Part shown: piece by piece, positions 22,197 through 30,000 of the stretch
Position numbering within the stretch: position 1 is the first letter of the stretch
Layout of the letters: every line of letters starts with the position of its first letter
Assembly (NCBI RefSeq): GCF_003315195.1
Contig: NZ_QNRV01000015.1
Coordinates: 8,814 to 38,813, forward strand
Origin: Sutterella wadsworthensis
GTDB taxonomy: Bacteria > Pseudomonadota > Gammaproteobacteria > Burkholderiales > Burkholderiaceae_F
DNA length: 30,000 nt
Direction: 5' to 3'
Program-made: the position numbers and the translations under genes
Notes under the pieces: generated by a model
Told to the model about the DNA's origin: nothing
Seen by the model: only the letters and a program-made list of their open reading frames with translations
The model's database searches: none

Positions 22197-24932
22197 TTAG
22201 AACTTCCAGGCGGCCTGCAGCTGCGCGCTCACACCCTGACGCTTGCCCGTGTAACCGTTCACGCCCAGATCGAATTCGAAGTGCTTGGCTTCGTTCTGAT
22301 ACGTCCAGCCGAGCGACACGATGCCCGTGCTGCCTTCGAGGTCAGTACCGTTCAAACCCAGATCACCAAATTGATCGGAGGCTCGGCCCTTGGCATCCGC
22401 CTTGAAGGCGTATTCGTAGGTCAACGCCGCATAGGGACGCAGGGCGGACGTATAGGCGTATTCAAACACCGATCCCAATTGTGCTCGGTGTGAATTGAGC
22501 GAATTGAAATGGAAATCCGCTCCTGCCACGTCCGAAGAACCCGAGGCGGTGTAGGACTCGCTCTCGCGGCCGTCGTAGAAGTAATTCAAGAATGTTCTGT
22601 TCTTGATCTTCCCAGCAGCTTGGAATTCACCGTACATGCCTAAATGAGCGCCCCAATAATTGCTCGTGCGGTCAAAATCTACGGAAACGCCGGCAATAGG
22701 CGCGGAGAACTCATTGCGAAGCCAACCGCCCTTCACGTATCCGGTGACATGCAGCCAGTCAATCGGCGTCGCATAGTTGCCGTAGACACCGAAACCCACA
22801 TAGTTGTGCTTGCCGTCGCCCTTGGTCTCACCGACCGGAGCGGTCGTGGCGGTGCGGGTGTCGTAGGTACCGTGGCCCATTTCCATAAAGATTCCGACTT
22901 CGGAATCCTGCACGTTGAAGGCGTAGCCCAAAAGGCCCGAAATTACCGTGGTGTCCGCGTCCCCGGTGACGTCGAGGTCGTACTTGCCCACACGAGCCGC
23001 CGCAAAGGGGCCGGTTTGACGCACACCCTGACGGGACTTCATCGTGGAGTCAATTAAGAGCTCATCGGCCGCATACATCGTAGCGGCGGATGCGATGCTC
23101 GACTGCATCAGCGCGTTCGTCTGGTCATTTACCTTGTCGCTGCTCGGACGTTTTTCCTTGATCGTGGCCACCAGCATTTGGTCACTCTTCATCAGGAGAT
23201 CGTAATCGTCCTTGGTGAGATCGCTTTCCTGTACGCGAGAGAGAGACGCAATGTGCTCCACCTTGAGATCACCCTTGAGCTCGTCCAAAGAATCGCCCGC
23301 GGCCAAGAGATTGTTCACTTCGTCCAACGCGATGCCTTTCTCGCTGTTGATCAAGCGCACCTCATCACCCGCGTTCAATGCCAGTCCGGTGCCCGTAAGC
23401 GTGATGGTGCTTGCCCCCTGGGTTGCCGAGTGCAGCAGGACGGGAGTGCCCGTCACCGTAACAATCGCCCCGTCTGCGGCCAAATTGCCCAAGAGTTCGG
23501 GAGTCAGCAGGAAGTTCAAGCTCGCGTTGGCGGCCACCGTCAACCCGGTAAGCGCCGAAAAATCGGTCACGTTCCAATAGGAATCTTCGCCTGCAGCTCC
23601 GGAACCGACCGTCAATGAGATCTGTCCGTTGTCAGTGATTTCCGTAAACCCTGAGAACTGCACTTTGCCGGCTCCGGTACTGTTGATGCGGATCTGCGCA
23701 TCATTTTTGGCTGCCAAACTCGATTCTGCCGTGGTAATGAAATCTTTCTGGATGTCGATCTCGGAGCTGTCTTGCCCAAACAACGCATCCTTTGCATCAG
23801 TGGTCAAAGAATCGGAAATCGTAGCGATGGAAGTGCCGTGCAGCCGGACACCAGTGGTGTAATCGCCCTTCATGGTGATTGTGGCGGTCTTCGCCGTCAC
23901 ATGGGCGTCGTTATAGCCAAAAATACCCCAAGCAGCATTGTTATCCGCAAAATCCATCGTGAGATCGCCCGAGAACCCCACTGTTTGGTCGGTATAAAGA
24001 CCGTAGGCGTGGTTCGTATCGTGAATGGAGATACTCATTTGATCGCCGAAGGAATAATTGCGCTTGGAGACCAAATCCAACGCGTATGCGGTCGCTTGAG
24101 GTGCCTTTGAAATGGCGATCGTCACCGGGCCGGTGATCGCGATGTCTTTTCCATATGCGGTGTATTGTGGATAGTTCTTATGATCCCAAACGTACAAACC
24201 CTCCACCTCTGTCATGCTCTCCGCATTGTTGCCATTGAGCTGCAGGTTCAGACTACCCACCTCAAGATTGGCTCCATATCCCAGTCGAAACGCCCCGATC
24301 GTAGTGTCGTTCGCCCCGGCGGTGATATTGATTTCCGCCGAAGTCGCGGAGAAGGTGCCACCGATTTGACCCAACACAGCCATGATGTCGCGTGCTACGT
24401 CCACCCCGGAGCGGTCAATATTCATCACCAAACCGCTGTTGAAAAAAACCTTCCCGTGGTACGCCACCCCCTCCGGCACGCTTCCTTCCATCAGCACAGG
24501 ACTGTCCGTGTTAAAGGTCGTTGTTCCGGTATTTTCATAGTTGGTAGCCCGGAAAAACCATTGCTCGGTATAGGGCACTACGGTGCCATCGTCCAACGTG
24601 GTGGTCGATATGCTGGTGTCGTCCATCCGTAAGACCAAATTGCCTCCGGTAAAGGTCAAACCACCGCGGTAGGTGCCATCTAAAATCTTGGTCTGCGTAT
24701 TGACATACGAGTTTTGTAAGGTCAGCGTTTTCCCCGCACCGATCGTTATTTCAACGGGATTGGTGTAATCCGAACCGATTACAGCAACGGTATTTGTGAC
24801 CGTATAAACCGTGTCCTCATCAAACGTTTGACTGGAATGAATATAGGGACCGGTCACTTCTGCGCCCAAAATAGGGCCCGATAATGCGAATCCGATGGCC
24901 AGCGCCAACGGTGTGAGTTTTCCTTTCGTCAT
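22197..24932 (-). CDS. Autotransporter outer-membrane protein (type Va): beta-helix-like passenger plus C-terminal beta-barrel
   Basis: The Sec signal is MTKGKLTPLALAIGFALSGPILGA. The long passenger is Gly/Thr/Asn-rich and repetitive. The C-terminal region of about 280 aa has alternating hydrophobic residues and ends ...QLQAAWKF (terminal aromatic). A GGAGAG RBS precedes the ATG at 24932. The track start at 25019 adds a non-signal-like 29 aa. Confidence 0.85.
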   Translation of the reverse strand: MTKGKLTPLALAIGFALSGPILGAEVTGPYIHSSQTFDEDTVYTVTNTVAVIGSDYTNPVEITIGAGKTLTLQNSYVNTQTKILDGTYRGGLTFTGGNLVLRMDDTSISTTTLDDGTVVPYTEQWFFRATNYENTGTTTFNTDSPVLMEGSVPEGVAYHGKVFFNSGLVMNIDRSGVDVARDIMAVLGQIGGTFSATSAEINITAGANDTTIGAFRLGYGANLEVGSLNLQLNGNNAESMTEVEGLYVWDHKNYPQYTAYGKDIAITGPVTIAISKAPQATAYALDLVSKRNYSFGDQMSISIHDTNHAYGLYTDQTVGFSGDLTMDFADNNAAWGIFGYNDAHVTAKTATITMKGDYTTGVRLHGTSIATISDSLTTDAKDALFGQDSSEIDIQKDFITTAESSLAAKNDAQIRINSTGAGKVQFSGFTEITDNGQISLTVGSGAAGEDSYWNVTDFSALTGLTVAANASLNFLLTPELLGNLAADGAIVTVTGTPVLLHSATQGASTITLTGTGLALNAGDEVRLINSEKGIALDEVNNLLAAGDSLDELKGDLKVEHIASLSRVQESDLTKDDYDLLMKSDQMLVATIKEKRPSSDKVNDQTNALMQSSIASAATMYAADELLIDSTMKSRQGVRQTGPFAAARVGKYDLDVTGDADTTVISGLLGYAFNVQDSEVGIFMEMGHGTYDTRTATTAPVGETKGDGKHNYVGFGVYGNYATPIDWLHVTGYVKGGWLRNEFSAPIAGVSVDFDRTSNYWGAHLGMYGEFQAAGKIKNRTFLNYFYDGRESESYTASGSSDVAGADFHFNSLNSHRAQLGSVFEYAYTSALRPYAALTYEYAFKADAKGRASDQFGDLGLNGTDLEGSTGIVSLGWTYQNEAKHFEFDLGVNGYTGKRQGVSAQLQAAWKF

Positions 24933-25063
24933 AGATTCTCTCCACGCTAGTGTCTTTGAAGCTGGAGAGAAATAAAAAACTTCGCATCCAAGTCCAAAGA
25001 CTCGAAACACGAAGTTCATCGGAAAGAAAGTGCTGATTTCTCAACACTGGAGAGGGCTGTTTA

Positions 25064-25073
25064 CCCCCCCCCC
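25064..25073. repeat. C10 (G10 on the coding strand) homopolymeric tract upstream of the autotransporter gene
   Basis: I counted it directly: ...gtttaCCCCCCCCCCgtgtaaa... It lies 132 nt upstream of the autotransporter ATG, within the 348-bp promoter region bounded by the DUF362 terminator. Confidence 0.9.
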
Positions 25074-25280
25074 GTGTAAATTTTTATTGCATGCGCAATG
25101 ACAGAAACAGTCGTTTTCTGTTTAGTTGACTTTACTGAATTCAATCGTCTTCGTCAAGCAATCACCGGTGACAACAGCATAGAAACTCCGGCATCAAAAA
25201 AGTTATGCCTAAGTTTGAATGCCGGTTTTCTAAATGAAAGCAATCCAAAGGTCTTCGACGCTTTGATCAACACAACCTCC

Positions 25281-25325
25281 CTCAAAAAGCAACGGCCTCA
25301 GACGAACCCGCGCCGCCTGAGGCCG
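25281..25325 (-). terminator. Rho-independent terminator of the DUF362 gene
   Basis: On the minus strand, CGGCCTCAG-(15 nt)-CTGAGGCCG forms a 9-bp perfect stem followed by TTGCTTTTTGAGG. It starts 22 nt after the TAA stop. Confidence 0.7.
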
Positions 25326-25347
25326 ATTTGTTTCTGCTCTGCATGAA

Positions 25348-26322
25348 TTATGGCACCGTAATCAAATCGTACTGGTCATTGCCCATCCCGAGCGCCTTCA
25401 TGGCAGTGAGCTGATGCAGGCCGCGTCGGCTTTCGATACGTTCGACCAGATCATGCTTCTCAGCGTCAGGACGGCCATAGACCAAATCGACCGAAGCCTG
25501 ATCAATGGCCAGAATATCTGTGGAAGCGAGAATGCCAATGTCTGGGATCGTGGGTTCCGCGGCAGACGTGCCCGCGCAGTCGCAGTCAACCGACATACGG
25601 CGCAGCACATTGATAAAGACAATCTTCTTCCCAAAGTAATCACAGACGGCTTTGGCGGATTCTGCCATCGTCTCCATCAGCATTTCCTTGCCGGGCCACT
25701 GATCCCACGGCAGATTCACATCCGAAACGGCATGAACCTGCTGCTTGCCGATGCGGCCGTCGGCGCAGCCAATGGCGATATTCTTCATTGAGCCGCCGAA
25801 ACCGCCCATCGCATGCCCCTTAAAGTGCGTGAGGACCAGCATCGAATCGTAATTGACGATATGGCCGCCCATCGAAACTTCCTTGAAGTGCTTGCCGCCT
25901 TTAACTGGCAGATTCACCGTTCCCTCAGCGTCCATGATGTCAACCGGGCAGAAGGTCCAGCCGTTGATTTCAAGGGTCTTGAGGTGATCCTCGGTGGTGT
26001 AGCGGTCGCCGTGATAGAGGGTGTTCGTTTCGACAATCGTGCTCTCAGGGATGCGTGCCTGCAGGGACTTCACCATTTCGCGCGGCAGGATGTTGGGACC
26101 GTGACGCTCGCCGGTATGGAGCTTAATGGCGATCTTGCCCGACAAATTGTCCTTGATCAGGTCGTAGAGTTTATTCAAGTGATCCGAGTCGATCACGGGT
26201 GAAAAATACACTTTGGCTCGCCCGGTTTCTGTGCCTGCAGCGGGCGCTGAGGCGCCCGCTGCCGTCCCGACGGCACCGAGCGCACAAGCACCGGCCGTTT
26301 TCAAGAAGTCTTTCCGAGTCAT
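25348..26322 (-). CDS. Exported DUF362-domain protein (possible Fe-S/metal-binding; function unknown)
   Basis: The N-terminus MTRKDFLKTAGACALGAVGTAAGASAPAAG looks like a Tat signal (RK variant of RRxFLK). The mature part begins KVYFSP...GKIAIKLHTGERHGPN...VETNTLY and contains SVDCDCAG, resembling DUF362 proteins as I recall them. AGGAGA lies 12 nt upstream of the ATG at 26322. Confidence 0.65.
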   Translation of the reverse strand: MTRKDFLKTAGACALGAVGTAAGASAPAAGTETGRAKVYFSPVIDSDHLNKLYDLIKDNLSGKIAIKLHTGERHGPNILPREMVKSLQARIPESTIVETNTLYHGDRYTTEDHLKTLEINGWTFCPVDIMDAEGTVNLPVKGGKHFKEVSMGGHIVNYDSMLVLTHFKGHAMGGFGGSMKNIAIGCADGRIGKQQVHAVSDVNLPWDQWPGKEMLMETMAESAKAVCDYFGKKIVFINVLRRMSVDCDCAGTSAAEPTIPDIGILASTDILAIDQASVDLVYGRPDAEKHDLVERIESRRGLHQLTAMKALGMGNDQYDLITVP

Positions 26323-26624
26323 GTTCACAACGGTTCTCCTAATGCGTTTGAATGAACTGCCGCCCTTCAATCAGTGCAGTTCGTCAGAGGACAACGGCTT
26401 AAACGTTCCTGCAGCCGTGTTGACCGATTTATTTTCACCATTCCTGTCAACAAAGGAAATATCCATTTCTCTCAAAGATGTGCCCAAATCGGAACTGCAG
26501 AAAAACATCGGCACAGGTCCTTTTCGCGGGATAGTGTTCAGCCGAAAGATCAAGCGTAAACCCTAAATCGGCTGCGGCAGGCGCGTAAGATCATGAACTT
26601 TCGAATTCTTCTCAGAGCCTTTCG

Positions 26625-27974
26625 ATGAACTATCTCACTCTGCTTGTTCTGGCCTACCTCGCGGCACTCCTCTGGTTCGGCATCCGAGGCGGGACTCGCG
26701 AACGTGAACTCAACGCGTTTCTGACGGCCGGCGGATCGGCCGGCGCGCTGCTCTGCGCCTTCTCGCTTGTGAGTACGATCATCGGCGGCTCAGCCACGCT
26801 CGGCATGGGCGCACTCGCTCAGAAGGTCGGCCCGGCGGCTTTTTGGTGGCTCGGCGTCGGCGCTGTCGGACTTTTTCTCCACGGTCTCATCATTGCGCCC
26901 GTTATCCGCAAGCTCCCCGTCGTGACGCTCCCGGATGTGCTCAGACACCTTGCGGGCCCGGCGGCAGAAAAATGGGCGGGCGCCATTATCGCGCTCTCCT
27001 GGGCAGCGGTGACGGCCGCGCAGTTCACTGCACTGCGCGCACTCCTTCATTCCATTTCGGGCGGCATGACAGCTGAGGTGCTCTATGTGCTTCTCGCGGC
27101 CGGCATTGTGCTTCATACGGCTTTAGGCGGACAGCGCGGCATTCTGCGGGCCGACTTTCTACACACGATTTTGCTGCTGGGAGGCTTCTCCGCCGCAGCG
27201 CTCTGGTGCGTCATGGAGCGGAGCGCTGACATCGCGGCGCTTCCTGTGATGCCCTTTACGGAGACCTTCGGGCTCGGCGACTGGGTGAAGATGATGCTCC
27301 TCGTCGGCATCACTTACCTGATCGGCCCAGACATGTTCTCGCGCACCTTCGCGGCCAAGAATGCGCAGACCGCGCGCCGCGCGGCCTGGACAGCTGCGCC
27401 GCTCCTCGTTTTCTTCGGCGTAATCGTGACGATGCTCGCGCTCCTCAACATCAAGGCTGAGCAGCCGATTTCTGACTGGCTCGCTGTCGGAAGTCCGCTC
27501 CCAGCCGCTGCGGCCGCAGCGCTTTCCATGGGGCTTATCAGTGCGCTTGCCGGCTCGGCCGATACGATTCTGCTCTCCGCGGCCGGCATCATTGAGAAGG
27601 ATCTCTTTGGCGGCGCCCGTGCACGTGCCGTGCGTCTCTGGGCTGCCGCCGTCGGCATTTTGGCCGCACTGGCCGCCTATACCTCGGGAGACATCATCGG
27701 GTGGCTCCTCAAGGGCTACGCGCTCTTCGTCCCGGGCGTTGCCGTGCCGCTCCTCGTCCTCGTCGCCGGCCGCGCCCGACACGCGGATCCCAAGCTCTGG
27801 ACTATTGGGGCCGCCGCGGGCGGCCTGGGAGGGCTTATCGGCAGCCTTACCGGCATCACCCTCTGGACTTACGGCGGCATCGCTGCTGCCGCCCTTTTTG
27901 CGATCTTTGCCGTACGGCGCGCCGCCCAAACCCGCCGAACGGCCGCCGCGTCACCGCTTCAGCCGCTTTCATAA
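26625..27974 (+). CDS. Sodium:solute symporter (SSS) family transporter
   Basis: It is a 449-aa polytopic protein. The N-terminus MNYLTLLVLAYLAALLWFGIRG...FLTAGGSAGALLCAFSLVSTIIGGSATLGMG is typical of SSS (PutP/PanF-like) TM1-TM2. The substrate cannot be predicted. Confidence 0.75.
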   Translation: MNYLTLLVLAYLAALLWFGIRGGTRERELNAFLTAGGSAGALLCAFSLVSTIIGGSATLGMGALAQKVGPAAFWWLGVGAVGLFLHGLIIAPVIRKLPVVTLPDVLRHLAGPAAEKWAGAIIALSWAAVTAAQFTALRALLHSISGGMTAEVLYVLLAAGIVLHTALGGQRGILRADFLHTILLLGGFSAAALWCVMERSADIAALPVMPFTETFGLGDWVKMMLLVGITYLIGPDMFSRTFAAKNAQTARRAAWTAAPLLVFFGVIVTMLALLNIKAEQPISDWLAVGSPLPAAAAAALSMGLISALAGSADTILLSAAGIIEKDLFGGARARAVRLWAAAVGILAALAAYTSGDIIGWLLKGYALFVPGVAVPLLVLVAGRARHADPKLWTIGAAAGGLGGLIGSLTGITLWTYGGIAAAALFAIFAVRRAAQTRRTAAASPLQPLS

Positions 27975-28122
27975 ATTAGAAGCCTTAATGTCGTCATCGG
28001 GCTTTTTGGAGCTCGATCCCGACACGCAGATCCTTTATGCTTACGGGCAGTTTTTTCGGAGCGCCGCCAGTTTTTATCCGACAAAGCCGGGCGCCGCTCC
28101 GCTGCATCTGCGTTATTAAGCA

Positions 28123-29655
28123 ATGACCAAAGTTCTTCTCATGATTCTCGACGGCTGGGGCATCGGCGGCGGTGCTGCAGACCCGGCCGACGCCATCAGC
28201 GCGGCGCACCCGGCCTTCATTGAAAGCCTTGCCGCCCGGTACCCTCACGCGGAGCTTCGCACCTACGGCGAAAACGTAGGCCTGCCCGAAGGTCAGATGG
28301 GCAATTCCGAAGTCGGCCACCTCAACATCGGCGCCGGCCGCGTGGTCTATCAGGATCTTGTGCGCATCAACCGCGCCTGTGCGCAGGATAAGCTCCTTGA
28401 GCAGCCCGAATGCCGCGCGATGTTTGAGTACCTCAAAGCTTCCGGCAAAGCGCTTCACCTGATGGGACTCTTTTCCGACGGCGGCGTGCATGCGAGTTTT
28501 GACCATCTTCTGGCCTTCATCGACCTTGCCCGCCGCGAAGGCATTGAGCATGTCTACGTTCACGCTTTCATGGACGGCCGCGACACCGATCCCAAGAGCG
28601 GCCTGGGATTTGTGGAAGCGCTCGAGCGCAAGCTTTCCGAGCCCGGGGAAAGGGCTCAGCTCGTAAGCCTCATTGGCCGCTACTACGCCATGGACCGCGA
28701 CAAGCGCTGGGAGCGCATTGAAGAAGCCTGGCAGCAGCTCGTGAACGGCAAAGGAACGCATTCTCGAGACCTTGCCAAATCGGTGCGTGCGTCCTACGCC
28801 GCCGGCGTCACCGACGAATTTATCAAGCCCGTCGTGAAAACGGATGAGGCTGACCGTCCCTTCGGCACGCTCCAAGCCGATGATGCGGTGCTCTTTATCA
28901 ATTTCCGCAATGACCGCGCACGCGAACTCACCTCGGTTCTCACCCAGGCGCCGCAGGGCAGCATGCACCCGCTGCCGCTCTGGTTTGCGACGATGACGCC
29001 CTACGACGCAGCCTTTAAGGGCCTGCATGTGCTCTTTGCCAAGGAAAATGTCGTCAATCCGATCGGCGAATATGTGTCAAGCCTGGGGCTTAAGCAGCTG
29101 CGCATCGCTGAAACGGAAAAATACGCCCACGTCACATTCTTCCTGAACGGCGGCCGCGAAGAGCCCTTTGCCAACGAAGACCGCATTCTCGTCCCCTCGC
29201 CCAAAGTCGCCACCTACGACCTGCAGCCAGAGATGAGCGCTCCGGAAGTCGCTCAGAAGCTTTCTGCGGCCCTTCTGAGCGGTCAGTACGACTTTATCTG
29301 TCTGAATTTCGCCAACGGCGACATGGTTGGGCATACGGGCGTCTGGAGCGCCATTGAAAAGGCCGTGAGGACAGTGGACGACTGCGTGAAGCAGGTAATT
29401 GAGGCCGCCCAGGCTTCGGGAACCGACGTCGTCATCATTGCCGACCACGGCAATGCTGACCATGCCCGCAATGCCGACGGCTCACCCAATACGGCACATT
29501 CACTTAACCCCGTGCCGATCATCGTCGTGAGTCCGAGAGCAAAGGCCGTTCATAACGGCGTTCTCGCTGATGTCGCACCGACCGTGCTGACGCTTATGGG
29601 CGTTCCCGTGCCGCCCGAGATGACCGGCAAGCCTTTGGTTGAGCTTAAGGCATAA
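28123..29655 (+). CDS. gpmI: 2,3-bisphosphoglycerate-independent phosphoglycerate mutase
   Basis: [11 protein letters not shown]...[26 protein letters not shown]...[14 protein letters not shown]...FMDGRDT...[12 protein letters not shown]...[16 protein letters not shown]...[12 protein letters not shown]...ADHGNAD are canonical iPGM motifs across the full 510 aa. Confidence 0.93.
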   Translation: MTKVLLMILDGWGIGGGAADPADAISAAHPAFIESLAARYPHAELRTYGENVGLPEGQMGNSEVGHLNIGAGRVVYQDLVRINRACAQDKLLEQPECRAMFEYLKASGKALHLMGLFSDGGVHASFDHLLAFIDLARREGIEHVYVHAFMDGRDTDPKSGLGFVEALERKLSEPGERAQLVSLIGRYYAMDRDKRWERIEEAWQQLVNGKGTHSRDLAKSVRASYAAGVTDEFIKPVVKTDEADRPFGTLQADDAVLFINFRNDRARELTSVLTQAPQGSMHPLPLWFATMTPYDAAFKGLHVLFAKENVVNPIGEYVSSLGLKQLRIAETEKYAHVTFFLNGGREEPFANEDRILVPSPKVATYDLQPEMSAPEVAQKLSAALLSGQYDFICLNFANGDMVGHTGVWSAIEKAVRTVDDCVKQVIEAAQASGTDVVIIADHGNADHARNADGSPNTAHSLNPVPIIVVSPRAKAVHNGVLADVAPTVLTLMGVPVPPEMTGKPLVELKA

Positions 29656-29683
29656 ACCGCCAGTCCAATCCATCCAGACCCAA

Positions 29684-29720
29684 ACGCCCGGCAGTCGAAA
29701 CTCCCGGGCGTTTTGTTTTT
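29684..29720 (+). terminator. Rho-independent terminator of gpmI
   Basis: ACGCCCGG-(12 nt)-CCGGGCGT forms a perfect 8-bp stem followed by TTTGTTTTT. Confidence 0.85.
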
Positions 29721-29874
29721 GCGGTCTGCGTTCTCTCAGCTTAAAGAAGGCGCATCAGCATTGAGCCTGAGCAGTGTCCGAGGCATTTGGCGCCTCGGAC
29801 GCCGTCAGGGCGCCGCAGAAGCTGAAGAGGCGTGCGGCGCCAAGTAAGGATTGAAACGTCTTCTGCGCGAAGCG

Positions 29875-30000
29875 TCAGCTCGCGCAGGCCGCGCATACAG
29901 CGTCTTCCTCGCAATCTGTCCCGCCGGAACGCTCAAGAACCTCAGCCATCGCCTCATCAGCCTCGTATCCGGCCGCCATGAAGCGCTCGGCTTCAGCGGT
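29875..30000 (-). CDS. 3' end of an unidentified minus-strand ORF (41 codons visible; runs off the window)
   Basis: My hand translation gives ...TAEAERFMAAGYEADEAMAEVLERSGGTDCEEDAVCAACAS*. The reading frame stays open to the window edge and GC3 is high. No family was recognised. Confidence 0.3.
   Translation of the reverse strand, partial: TAEAERFMAAGYEADEAMAEVLERSGGTDCEEDAVCAACAS

Noticed and set aside
25098-25346. 82-aa plus-strand ORF between the autotransporter and DUF362 genes
   Set aside because: It runs through the minus-strand terminator of the DUF362 gene. It has no RBS and lies in low-GC promoter-like sequence.
27994-28119. 42-codon ORF (MSSSGFLELDPDTQILYAYGQFFRSAASFYPTKPGAAPLHLRY) in the SSS-gpmI spacer
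   Set aside because: It has no SD and no recognisable family. It is the tail of a longer out-of-frame ORF that overlaps the SSS gene. A small protein cannot be excluded, but nothing supports it.
27994-29028. 344-aa minus-strand ORF
   Set aside because: It is antisense to gpmI, whose identity is unambiguous. No motifs were recognised.
1-30000. Search for CRISPR repeats, tRNA/rRNA/tmRNA/RNase P signatures, IS or integrase genes, toxin-antitoxin pairs or defence-system genes
   Set aside because: I recognised none on either strand. Every sizeable ORF was assignable to metabolism, transport, regulation, cytochrome biogenesis or a surface protein.

Overview
This is a GC-rich Gram-negative chromosomal segment, about 55-60% GC by eye and not computed. 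It is densely coding on both strands. I saw no rRNA, tRNA, CRISPR array, transposase or integrase. Many long ORFs in the track are antisense or off-frame artefacts of GC3-rich coding sequence. Content from left to right: (1) The 3' end of a sensor kinase, a FixJ/LuxR response regulator and a Tat-signal FAD flavoprotein reductase form one operon with overlapping or adjacent gene boundaries. (2) A full counterpart of the E. coli K-12 ydi region is split into two divergent operons. These are ydiQ-ydiR-ydiS-ydiT-fadK on the minus strand and ydiN-ydiB-aroD-ydiF-ydiO on the plus strand. They are separated by a 1.36-kb ORF-poor spacer of patchy, lower GC. (3) A respiratory module follows. A diverged DAACS-family transporter lies upstream of a NrfA-like octaheme cytochrome c (six CXXCH, one CXXCK, one CX4CH). 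Divergent from these is ccsB-ccsA (system II cytochrome c synthase), whose stop overlaps the start of a MocR-type regulator. (4) An autotransporter of about 911 aa has a C10 homopolymer about 130 bp upstream of its start. (5) A Tat-signal DUF362 protein lies divergent from a sodium:solute symporter. (6) gpmI follows with a clean terminator. The most interesting items are the cytochrome/ccsBA/MocR/transporter module, the linkage of quinate/shikimate genes to a CoA-transferase/acyl-CoA dehydrogenase/ETF/ligase set, the 1.36-kb non-coding spacer, and the poly-C tract. Homology statements come from motif recognition and my recollection of E. coli protein sequences, not from searches. The host may be a betaproteobacterial gut anaerobe, judging from system II Ccs, an autotransporter and Tat-exported flavin reductases, but that is only a guess.
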